A DNA stretch of 64,000 nucleotides from an uncultured Mycoplasma sp. (GTDB lineage Bacteria; Bacillota_I; Bacilli_A; RF39; UBA660): contig CAMNSE010000001.1 of the NCBI GenBank assembly GCA_946554525.1, forward strand, positions 21,942 through 85,941, written 5' to 3'. A model generated the notes under the pieces. The model had not been told where the DNA came from and ran no database searches. It saw only the letters and a program-made list of their open reading frames with translations. How positions within the stretch are numbered: the stretch's first letter is position 1; each line of letters begins with the position of its first letter. Shown one piece after another: positions 1-8,208 of this stretch. The position numbers and the translations under genes were made by a program.

Positions 1-68
1 TAAACTTCTTTAGTTAAATGAACATGGCGATTACTTATGGCAACTGAAGCATAAATTTTATCTTTCAT
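1..68 (-). CDS. PduL-like phosphate acyltransferase, N-terminal fragment running off the left edge
   Basis: ATG at 68 with AAGAGG about 9 nt upstream. My translation is MKDKIYASVAISNRHVHLTKEV, which resembles the xxSNRHxHL(S/T) opening of PduL-type phosphotransacylases. Only 22 codons are visible. Confidence 0.4.
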   Translation of the reverse strand, partial: MKDKIYASVAISNRHVHLTKEV

Positions 69-124
69 TTATAGATGCCTCTTTTCTAATTATAATTTAT
101 ATTTTTTATTTTACCATATTTTAC

Positions 125-154
125 AAAATTTAAAAAGATTCATAAGAATCTTTT
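125..154 (-). terminator. Rho-independent terminator after the HerA-like gene
   Basis: Minus strand reads AAAAGATTC-TTAT-GAATCTTTT followed by TAAATTTTG. It overlaps the TAA stop at 153-155. Confidence 0.5.
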
Positions 155-2096
155 ACTCAATTGAATTTATAAATCTTGATGCAGATGCACTTGCATCTTC
201 ACTAGAATTATCATTTATAATATTTGGCTCATTTATTTTTTCTTCAGCCTTAGAAAAATCTAATGGTTCTTTAAATGCTCCACTATCAACACTTTTGCTT
301 ATCTCTTTTTCATCTATGGCACCTAAATCATAGGAAATGTTGTCTTTGGAATCCCAGAAAGATGAGACATCGCACGATGAAGAATATGGTCTTGGGTTTG
401 GCATATCAAGTTTTATTATCATTGGAATTTTAAAAGCTGACCCAAAAGCTACACATGTACCAGGTTGAAGTATCTTCATTTTTTCAATTACATCGCCACT
501 TATATTTGGTAACATTTCTTCTATATATTTAATATCTTTAGGGTGTGTCATTTTGAATATTAGAAAGTTGGATACTTGGGCTATAACAGTATCACTTATT
601 TCAACAGGTCTTTGCGATATTATATCTAAAATAACGCCATATTTACGACCTTCCTTAGCTATACGATCAAATATATTATATCCTAGCAAGAATGTATCTA
701 TATCCTGTTGGATATAACGGTGAGCTTCCTCTAAGAAAATATGAAATGGTACAGTAGCGCGATTAGCATTTTCTTTTGAGAAATCAAATATAATTCTTGT
801 ATATATTTTTACTAAAGATTTGGCATAAGTATCATCCAGTGTTTCTAAATTAATATTGATTATTTGAGATTTTTTACTATTATGACTAACTAAATTAGTA
901 ACAAACTTAGCTGCTGGAACATATTCATCACCTGTAAATATTTTACTCATTTCATTATGAAGAATAGTATTTAATCTAACCTTTATAATCTGAGCATCAT
1001 CATGCATATTTTTATTTTGAGAAAATCCTTCACTAATTAAAGTAAAATCTAGTGCTTTTGCTAAATCATTAAGTGTAAATATCGCAGTATCAGATGCTTT
1101 TAAATCTTCAATATTTTCATCTATAAATTTTAAAATATATTCAGTTATTAGTGCTTCTTCCCCAAAATGTCCTCTTGAATCTATTGCAAAACATTCACTA
1201 AATGTTCTAGTATATCCTATGCCTGGTATTACTGTGTCAAAATTAAATTCCTTGGTATGACATGTATCTATTATTGTAAAAATATCATCTTTTTTTTGCC
1301 TTGTTGTATTTGGTGAATATAAAATTGTAATAAGAGCATTAGCAATAATATGATTTTTATAGTTAGTTGCTTCTTCATTATCTGTTGCAAATATTTTAGC
1401 ATATGTTAAAGCTCTATCGATAATTGTTAGTTGAGAGTGCTTTTCAGCTTGTAATAATACTCCAAAGTCATCTACTTTCATTAAGTTTAGGGGTATATTT
1501 AATCTTACATCTTCCTCATCCCTTGGATTAGATGTTATAAATTTGTAATTGTAATAAGAATTAATACTACTAATACTTTTAAAAGCACTTTTATATTCGC
1601 CAAAAGAATCAAAAAAGATTAAATTAGCATTGTATGCTAAAGATTCTTTATTACTTAGTATATTTTGGACTACCCTAGCAACACCGCAAGATTTACCTGA
1701 ACCAGAATTTCCAAATATACACAAATGGTTAGAAAATAAATCATTTATATTAGGGTATACATTAAAGTCATTATATGTAGCACTTTTTCCTAATAGAAAA
1801 GTTTTATTAGACTCGGTACCAATTAATTCTAATAATTCTTCCCTATTTATAACTCTTATAGTACTGTTTAGGCTAGCTTTTCTTAAAACTCCACTATAGT
1901 ATTTATTACCTATATATTCACCTAAAAAATTTACTTCTATTTTATCATCTCTTAGTTCAACTATTTCCCCTAATATTTTTCTATCATTGCTCTCAAATAT
2001 TAAGTGTAAGTTTAATAAATCTCCTACAAAATCTTTGGATACTTTATTTTCAATAAATGCTTTGTTATCACTAACATATAATATTCTGCCAAACAT
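153..2096 (-). CDS. HerA-like (DUF87/FtsK-HerA superfamily) P-loop ATPase with N-terminal HAS-barrel-like region and acidic C-terminal tail
   Basis: 647-aa ORF. The N-terminus GRILYVSDNKAFI...LGEIVELRDDKIEVNFLGE looks like a HerA barrel. Walker A is CIFGNSGSGKSCGV and the Walker B-like motif is HIFLEEAHRY. The C-terminal tail is D/E/S-rich. Confidence 0.7.
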   Translation of the reverse strand: MFGRILYVSDNKAFIENKVSKDFVGDLLNLHLIFESNDRKILGEIVELRDDKIEVNFLGEYIGNKYYSGVLRKASLNSTIRVINREELLELIGTESNKTFLLGKSATYNDFNVYPNINDLFSNHLCIFGNSGSGKSCGVARVVQNILSNKESLAYNANLIFFDSFGEYKSAFKSISSINSYYNYKFITSNPRDEEDVRLNIPLNLMKVDDFGVLLQAEKHSQLTIIDRALTYAKIFATDNEEATNYKNHIIANALITILYSPNTTRQKKDDIFTIIDTCHTKEFNFDTVIPGIGYTRTFSECFAIDSRGHFGEEALITEYILKFIDENIEDLKASDTAIFTLNDLAKALDFTLISEGFSQNKNMHDDAQIIKVRLNTILHNEMSKIFTGDEYVPAAKFVTNLVSHNSKKSQIININLETLDDTYAKSLVKIYTRIIFDFSKENANRATVPFHIFLEEAHRYIQQDIDTFLLGYNIFDRIAKEGRKYGVILDIISQRPVEISDTVIAQVSNFLIFKMTHPKDIKYIEEMLPNISGDVIEKMKILQPGTCVAFGSAFKIPMIIKLDMPNPRPYSSSCDVSSFWDSKDNISYDLGAIDEKEISKSVDSGAFKEPLDFSKAEEKINEPNIINDNSSEDASASASRFINSIE

Positions 2097-2127
2097 TAAT
2101 ACATCAACCCTATCTTTTGTTATTTAA

Positions 2128-2156
2128 ATAATACCATAAGATAACTTTTTTTGCAA
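2128..2156 (-). promoter_or_regulatory. Candidate sigma-A promoter of the HerA-like gene
   Basis: Minus strand TTGCAA, 17-nt spacer, TGG-TATTAT (extended -10). It lies about 25 nt upstream of the ATG at 2096. Confidence 0.5.
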
Positions 2157-2168
2157 TCATTCTAGCAT

Positions 2169-2195
2169 AAAAAAAGTGAGCATATTTATACTCTC
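2169..2195 (-). terminator. Weak candidate terminator closing the T7SS-like operon
   Basis: Minus strand GAGTAT-AAAT-ATGCTC (6-bp stem including one G-U) followed by ACTTTTTTT. Confidence 0.35.
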
Positions 2196-2215
2196 TTTTA
2201 ATTTTTCAAAATAAA

Positions 2216-2566
2216 CTAATTATTCATATGAGATAACTTTTCAATTTCTGAGCAAACATTTTTAATTGAAGCGTCCATTTCTTCAAAATTATCTGTAGTT
2301 TTTAGCGAATAATCTCTTAATTTTTCAGATATATTTTGATAAGTTGATTTAGCAATACTACTATAAGTAGTTAAAGAATTTTTTAAACTACGAATACTAT
2401 TACTAGCAGCGTCATTTGCTTTTCTCACTCTTGGTATTACATTGTCCAAATGTTCTTGAAGAAGATCAATAATTTTTACTAAACAAGTTGCTTGTTCTGA
2501 AATTCTTTCTGATTGTCTTAATATTTCCTCAGGGACTGTAGCAGCTGGCGATTTTGATGCAGCCAT
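2216..2566 (-). CDS. Small all-helical protein, candidate T7SS substrate or partner (no Trp, no WXG)
   Basis: 116-aa ORF with an AAAGGAAAAG SD, immediately downstream of the WXG100-like gene. Heptad-like helical composition. Its position in the operon is the main argument. Confidence 0.5.
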   Translation of the reverse strand: MAASKSPAATVPEEILRQSERISEQATCLVKIIDLLQEHLDNVIPRVRKANDAASNSIRSLKNSLTTYSSIAKSTYQNISEKLRDYSLKTTDNFEEMDASIKNVCSEIEKLSHMNN

Positions 2567-2602
2567 ATCTAATCACTTTTCCTTTCTTTATTTAATTTTT
2601 AA

Positions 2603-2899
2603 TTAATACTGACTATTAAGTCTTTCTTGTCTATCACATGTGCTTTCTAAATTTTTCTTTGCAGCATTTAAAGCATTCCATAATTCACTTATCACATTTC
2701 CAACTGATTTTGCTCTAGCTGTAAGTTCTTCACCCCAAACAGTATCAGTTAAACCTTGCTCATCAATATATTTTGCAACATAATCAAATGAATTCTTGAT
2801 ATCATGTAAATTTTGGCCATTTCCATCTGCGTCAAGTCTTAGAATTTTTTCAAGATACGAAATAGCTTGTCTTACTACAACTATGTCATCTGAAGTCAT
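2603..2899 (-). CDS. WXG100-like small helical hairpin protein
   Basis: About 98 aa counted from the ATG at 2899, which follows GAGGAGGGTG. A central turn, GLTDTVWGEE, sits mid-protein (W-G rather than canonical W-x-G). The gene lies directly after essC. Confidence 0.6.
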   Translation of the reverse strand: MTSDDIVVVRQAISYLEKILRLDADGNGQNLHDIKNSFDYVAKYIDEQGLTDTVWGEELTARAKSVGNVISELWNALNAAKKNLESTCDRQERLNSQY

Positions 2900-3001
2900 T
2901 TTATACACCCTCCTCTCCCTATCTTATAAAGAAAATATGCCATTAACTACGCTTTTTGTCAATCATAAAGCCTCAACTTGTCAAATGATTAACAAAAATG
3001 G

Positions 3002-6000
3002 TCAATTATTTTCTTGCACTTTATTTTCTCTAAAATCTTCTAGTAGCTTAATTGGAATTACTTTAGTGTTTTGAATTATATATCCATAATTATTTGGTAT
3101 TTCCTCTCGTGCTTCTCTATCAATTCTAGAAATTCTAAATAATGATTGGTCAGCAATACCGCTGCCAATATAAATCCCCCTACTTGTATCAGCGCCACTT
3201 TTAAACCAATCTTCATAAGCATAATTTTTAATAATATCCGTATTATCAACTAAAACAAATGAAACTAAATTGATTTGAGCATCTTTTTTTATTATATCTG
3301 ATAGTTTTCTTTTTGTTTCATCTTTTAGCTTATTATAAAAGTCATATACGCCATAAATGAATACCATATATTTCTTTTGGTCCATTAAGGATTCTTCATT
3401 AAATTCTGCTTGTTCATAAGCCTCATAAGCCTTATCAATAAAAGTAGCGATATTATCAATTATTCCGTCAAATCCTCGGTTGTAAAGTCTTCCATTTAAA
3501 TTCTCATTTTGAATGATTATTTCAGAAGAATTGATAAATATAATTTCATATTCTTTTGTATATATTGCTTCATTAACTAAACTATTAATGAAATGAGTAG
3601 TATTTTCAAGTTCTTGAGAACTAATAATATTAATTGGATTCTTTTTGAAGTTGTATTTTTCGGCATTTAAAGTTGTTTTATTAACACCAACAACCATATT
3701 AGGTGAGAAAGAAATGTCTTTTACAATAGCATTATAGTCTACTAATTTAGGAAGCACTGGAATTTTTCTTGCGCGATATTCTGTCATAGATGCTTGGCTT
3801 TTACAAAAATCCGCCAAATATTGGTAAGAATCTTCTTTCGCTACTAAAGCTGTTTGAAACTCATATATGCGATCTTTTTTGAATAATCCTCTACCCTTTA
3901 TTTTAGCAGGCAATTTCCCGCGACAATTTCCTAAAATTGAAGCATATTCTGATTCATTATTTTGTTGTAAAACATAGGTTAAAGCAATATTTTGCCTTGC
4001 TTTCATCCGAATTGCTCCTTCACTACTAGCAGTTAATATAAAGTATATACCATATTTATTAGCGTCTCTAAGTAATTGAATTAAGTCTTCAGAGTAATCA
4101 TTATAAGTTTCACTAAAAGCTTCAAAATTATTTATAATTATGACTAAATTTGCAATATATTCTCTCTTAGCATTAATATAGCTTTGATAAGTACCACCAT
4201 AGGATGTAAACTTGCTTTTTCTTATCTCTATTTCTTCAAATAACATTTTAAAAAGGTTCTTTAATTTTTCTTCTTCATCTAATAGTACTATATCTCCAAC
4301 ATATGGGCTTGATGCATATGCTCTTAATGTTTCCGCACCAAAGTCTACTACATAAAAGTTTATTTCTTCTGGAGCATATGATGTCATACACGAATATATA
4401 AAACTAGTAATAAAACTTTCTTTACCAGAACCTGTAATACCATAGATTACAGCATTTCCAAGTTTAGATATCGGAACAGTTAGTGCATATTGATTTTGGC
4501 TTGACGGATCATCATATTCACCAATAATAGGATTAATATAAAATGGTTCCCTCTTAAAGTTATACTTACTTTTTAGCATATCAATATAGATTTTATCTGG
4601 TATTTTATCTAGCCATAATTTTTTTATTTTTATGTTTTCTTTAGCCGCTAGCTCACTTAAATATTTAACTATGTGAGGAAGCTCCTCTCCCACTGATTTA
4701 GGTTTGGATGCAAGTTCTATATCTTTAGTAGTAGTTATTACACCTATATTATTGATTGTATTAACAGATGTGTCAACATCTTTTTTAAATGTTGTATTGG
4801 GATAGTACTGCCCTCCAGCCCATGCTGATTGACCTAGAGTATATACTTCATCATATCCAACTTGTAAATAGAAACGTCCAGTTCGCTTTAAGTATGCGGC
4901 ATCAGGTTTTTTTAAAACTTCTTGGGAATCAGATGTATCTTGAACTTTTAAGCACACTCTAAATCTAGTATTTGACCAAATTTGAGCATCTACGACACCG
5001 CCTGGCTTTTGAGTAGCAAGAATAAGATGAATTCCAAGTGATCTACCAACACGAGCAACAGATATTAATTTTTCCATAAATTCTGGTTGTTGTTCTTTTA
5101 ACTCGGCAAACTCATCACTTATGATGAATAAATGGGCAACAGGTTCCATATCTCCAAGCTTACCTTCACGCCATAGTTTTTGATATTTATATATATCAAC
5201 AGTAGATTCATTAGATATTCTCTTAGCATCATTAAATACTTTTTGTCTTCTTTTTACTTCACTTTCAATTGAAGCAAGCGAACGATTTAATTCATTTCCA
5301 TCAAGGTTTGTAATAGTACCTGCTAGATGAGGAAGTTCATACATATCGTTTGAAAATGCTCCCGCTAAGCTTCCTCCTTTATAGTCAATTAAAATAATTT
5401 GAACTTCATATGGATGGTAATTTACTGCTAGCGATAAAACATAAGTAATAATAAACTCTGATTTACCAGAACCGGTAGTACCTGCAACGAGTCCATGTGG
5501 CCCATGATATTTTTCATGTAAATCTAGTGTTAGTACTTCACCACTTTTCCCTATTCCAACAGGCGCTTGTAAAGATAATATAGGATTATTCTTTCGCCAT
5601 CTTTCTTTGGAGTTTAATTGGTCAACTTTACCAACTTGATACATTTCTAAGAATTGATATGTATCTGGTAAGCTAGATTCAATTTCTGATTTAATATCTA
5701 AAGGAATATTTGCAAGAACACTAGCACAATTATATATTTCATCAATAGGAGCATAATCTATTTTAAATTTTTGCTCGCCTTCGTTAATAATACTACTATA
5801 AATCGAACATTCTTCACGTGATACATTAATAAAGTTTTTACATTCATTTGGTAGAGCCGCTACTTTATCAACTAACATTATTATACTAAAGCCATAATTT
5901 TCTTCACTAGACATCATATTTTTAATAAAATCATATGAATCAATTGATTTAATAGCATCAGTGATGATTACATAATGAGGAATATTCTTTTCTTCTTTAT

Positions 6001-7609
6001 CGTGATTTGCTTTTCTTTCATTATATATTTTTTCTAATGTATAGATAATTTCACGATAATCATCATTTGATGAGCCAAAAAATCTCATATTTTTATCGTT
6101 AGTCCAACTATGAGGTAAAGTTTTAATATAATCCCAATCATGCTCATTATCAACATTAGTAAATGTTACGATTTTTAATTCATCATAACTATAATTAGCC
6201 ATCATTTGTAATACAACACGATCAATAAACTCTTTAGTAACAATAGAATCTCCTACTATACCAGTTGTTTTATTATCATAAAAAGAATATGTTATAGGAA
6301 CATCTGTTAATATTCGATCTTTTCTGCCTAATTCATAAGCAAGTTCTAATAAATTATCTGTTGATAAAGAAAAATGCTCTTCAGGATATTTAATTTCTAT
6401 TTGCATTTTTTTATTTCCGTATCCTAATGGCATAGTTAAAAAATCACTATTGGTTATTCTTCTTTGCCATAGTTTAACATTTTGAGCTCTAATTATATTT
6501 TGACATTCTCCGATAGTAAAATTGTTTTCTATTAATGATTTTTTTTGTACTTCTAATTCATTTACTATTTCTGCTTCTTTTTTAGCTATATATTTTTTAT
6601 ATAATTTTTGCCTTTTCTTTTCATAAGCTTTATCAGAAAATTTTTGATACATACGAGTTAATATTGGCCATAATAAGCTACTAGCAAACATAGCTCCGCT
6701 CATAACAATTTGCGGTAATGCCGAATCAAAATCCTGTTTACCACTAGATATTCCATTAATTGTAGATAAAAGCATAACAACAGAAATCATCGCCATAGTT
6801 GCCATAGGACCAATTGTTAATATAGCTGGGGATTTATCTGCTTCTTTTTTTGCTGGTGGAGAATCTATATTTAGAGTATATTTTTCAATTGTATTATAAA
6901 AGTGTGGAGCACGATAAAAATAGTTATAATCATTATATAATGAATTATCACTTAATTCTTTATTATCTTCAACAAATTCACTTTCTGTTGGTACTATATT
7001 AACAAATGAGGCATTAAACTCTAGGAGAGACCCTGGATTATTAACAAGAAGATAGTCTCTTCCATCTTTTCGCATTAATATAACTTTAAGACCAAATGTA
7101 AAAATTACATCTCCATATTCAATTCTTTTAGTTTTTAAAACTCTTTTTTGATTAACATATACTGATGCACTATCATCTAATATATTCATATAAAACCATT
7201 TGTCTTTTTTTTCAATTTTATAAGCTTTTTTGGGAATACCACCTAGGCGATAGCATATTTCATTTGATTTATCAGATCCAACAGATATGCTTGTAGCTAT
7301 ACCTAGTTCTTTATATGTTTTGTCATAAACGGGTGAACAATATAAATAATATTTTTCATTTTTATAATTATTTTTTAACAAATAAAAATTATAATCTTTT
7401 AATATCGCACTTGGAACCATTATATCTTTATTATCTACTATAAACGCATCATTATTACTAATTATATTCCATCCTATTTCTGTTGCTTCTATATTAATTA
7501 AATTTATTTTACGTCCGTTTTCAAAATCCGTAATCCAGTAGCTTCCCATGATATCTTCTGGTAATGTAAAAAGACTTAATTGATTTTTTTTGATGATTGT
7601 AAGTTGCAC
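3002..7609 (-). CDS. essC: Type VII secretion EssC/YukB-family FtsK/SpoIIIE ATPase
   Basis: 1535 aa with a GTG start after AGGAGGAGGG. The N-terminal region is FHA-like, followed by TM helices (ILTIGPMATMAMISVVMLL, MSGAMFASSLLWPIL). Three FtsK/SpoIIIE-type modules follow: D1 has GLVAGTTGSGKSEF, D2 has IYGITGSGKESF, and D3 has no recognisable P-loop. Confidence 0.92.
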   Translation of the reverse strand: MQLTIIKKNQLSLFTLPEDIMGSYWITDFENGRKINLINIEATEIGWNIISNNDAFIVDNKDIMVPSAILKDYNFYLLKNNYKNEKYYLYCSPVYDKTYKELGIATSISVGSDKSNEICYRLGGIPKKAYKIEKKDKWFYMNILDDSASVYVNQKRVLKTKRIEYGDVIFTFGLKVILMRKDGRDYLLVNNPGSLLEFNASFVNIVPTESEFVEDNKELSDNSLYNDYNYFYRAPHFYNTIEKYTLNIDSPPAKKEADKSPAILTIGPMATMAMISVVMLLSTINGISSGKQDFDSALPQIVMSGAMFASSLLWPILTRMYQKFSDKAYEKKRQKLYKKYIAKKEAEIVNELEVQKKSLIENNFTIGECQNIIRAQNVKLWQRRITNSDFLTMPLGYGNKKMQIEIKYPEEHFSLSTDNLLELAYELGRKDRILTDVPITYSFYDNKTTGIVGDSIVTKEFIDRVVLQMMANYSYDELKIVTFTNVDNEHDWDYIKTLPHSWTNDKNMRFFGSSNDDYREIIYTLEKIYNERKANHDKEEKNIPHYVIITDAIKSIDSYDFIKNMMSSEENYGFSIIMLVDKVAALPNECKNFINVSREECSIYSSIINEGEQKFKIDYAPIDEIYNCASVLANIPLDIKSEIESSLPDTYQFLEMYQVGKVDQLNSKERWRKNNPILSLQAPVGIGKSGEVLTLDLHEKYHGPHGLVAGTTGSGKSEFIITYVLSLAVNYHPYEVQIILIDYKGGSLAGAFSNDMYELPHLAGTITNLDGNELNRSLASIESEVKRRQKVFNDAKRISNESTVDIYKYQKLWREGKLGDMEPVAHLFIISDEFAELKEQQPEFMEKLISVARVGRSLGIHLILATQKPGGVVDAQIWSNTRFRVCLKVQDTSDSQEVLKKPDAAYLKRTGRFYLQVGYDEVYTLGQSAWAGGQYYPNTTFKKDVDTSVNTINNIGVITTTKDIELASKPKSVGEELPHIVKYLSELAAKENIKIKKLWLDKIPDKIYIDMLKSKYNFKREPFYINPIIGEYDDPSSQNQYALTVPISKLGNAVIYGITGSGKESFITSFIYSCMTSYAPEEINFYVVDFGAETLRAYASSPYVGDIVLLDEEEKLKNLFKMLFEEIEIRKSKFTSYGGTYQSYINAKREYIANLVIIINNFEAFSETYNDYSEDLIQLLRDANKYGIYFILTASSEGAIRMKARQNIALTYVLQQNNESEYASILGNCRGKLPAKIKGRGLFKKDRIYEFQTALVAKEDSYQYLADFCKSQASMTEYRARKIPVLPKLVDYNAIVKDISFSPNMVVGVNKTTLNAEKYNFKKNPINIISSQELENTTHFINSLVNEAIYTKEYEIIFINSSEIIIQNENLNGRLYNRGFDGIIDNIATFIDKAYEAYEQAEFNEESLMDQKKYMVFIYGVYDFYNKLKDETKRKLSDIIKKDAQINLVSFVLVDNTDIIKNYAYEDWFKSGADTSRGIYIGSGIADQSLFRISRIDREAREEIPNNYGYIIQNTKVIPIKLLEDFRENKVQENN

Positions 7610-7626
7610 TACTACCCTCCTCCTTT

Positions 7627-7881
7627 CTAATATAAAACTAGTTTTGTACCATTCTTTATCTTACTATATTTAACAAATAGCTCATCATCTATTTTTTCCC
7701 CTGTTAATTTATCGTATAAGTTTTTAGTGTGATCATCCTTGAAAGTTCCAGCACTTTCTTCTTCTATTATTTTGATTATTAAATTTTTTACTGTTCCAAC
7801 TTTTTTTACAATAGGTATATATATATCAAATTCTTTTTCAATTAGTGGAACATATACTATAACTAATGCTTTATTTTTCAT
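7627..7881 (-). CDS. esaB: YukD/EsaB-like ubiquitin-fold T7SS accessory protein
   Basis: 84 aa with a beta-grasp-like pattern (ALVIVYVP...FDIYIP...GTKLVLY), immediately upstream of essC. Confidence 0.7.
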   Translation of the reverse strand: MKNKALVIVYVPLIEKEFDIYIPIVKKVGTVKNLIIKIIEEESAGTFKDDHTKNLYDKLTGEKIDDELFVKYSKIKNGTKLVLY

Positions 7882-8099
7882 TATTTATTCACCATAAAAT
7901 AAATTCCTACTGCTAAGATAATGAATAAAAGAACTAATAAAATGCTTAAAAATATCATCTTATTATGGTTTTTCTTTTCTTCTTCTTTTATTTTATCTAT
8001 TCCTGGCATTATAACATTATTAGAATTTAATTTTGCTCCACAGTTTAAACAATATTGATCACCTAAGTTTGCAGTATTACCACAGTTATCACACTTCAT
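7881..8099 (-). CDS. Zinc-ribbon protein with C-terminal transmembrane anchor, first gene of the T7SS-like operon
   Basis: MKCDNCGNTANLGDQYCLNCGAKL (CxxC-N11-CxxC) plus the TM segment MIFLSILLVLLFIILAVGIYF. I prefer the ATG at 8099 after AGAGGGTGA, because the longer track start at 8123 sits inside the -10 box. The stop overlaps the yukD start (TAATG). Confidence 0.6.
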   Translation of the reverse strand: MKCDNCGNTANLGDQYCLNCGAKLNSNNVIMPGIDKIKEEEKKNHNKMIFLSILLVLLFIILAVGIYFMVNK

Positions 8100-8121
8100 A
8101 TAATCACCCTCTATTTTAATC

Positions 8122-8150
8122 ATTATACCATGAATAATTTAAAAGATAAA
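8122..8150 (-). promoter_or_regulatory. Candidate promoter of the T7SS-like operon
   Basis: Minus strand TGG-TATAAT (extended -10, 8122-8130) with a weak -35 TTTATC 17 nt upstream. It lies just downstream of the murE terminator. Confidence 0.45.
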
Positions 8151-8170
8151 TATTAAAATAAATTTTTTCT

Positions 8171-8196
8171 AAAAGAAAAAAGAGCCGAGGGCTCCA
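8171..8196 (-). terminator. Rho-independent terminator after murE
   Basis: Minus strand GAGCC-CTC-GGCTC followed by TTTTTTCTTTT. Confidence 0.7.
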
Positions 8197-8208
8197 GAGT
8201 TTTATAGT

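Noticed and set aside
1630-1899. 89-aa plus-strand ORF inside the HerA-like gene
   Set aside because: It is entirely antisense to a well-supported 647-aa gene. It has no SD and a hydrophobic, low-complexity product typical of shadow frames in AT-rich DNA.
2796-3074. 92-aa plus-strand ORF spanning the WXG100-like gene and the essC 3' end
   Set aside because: It is antisense to two genes of a compact operon and crosses their intergenic SD region. There is no independent translation signal.
8100-8123. Longer start of the zinc-ribbon ORF
   Set aside because: The ATG at 8123 is embedded in the TGGTATAAT -10 element and has no SD. The downstream ATG at 8099 has AGAGGGTGA.
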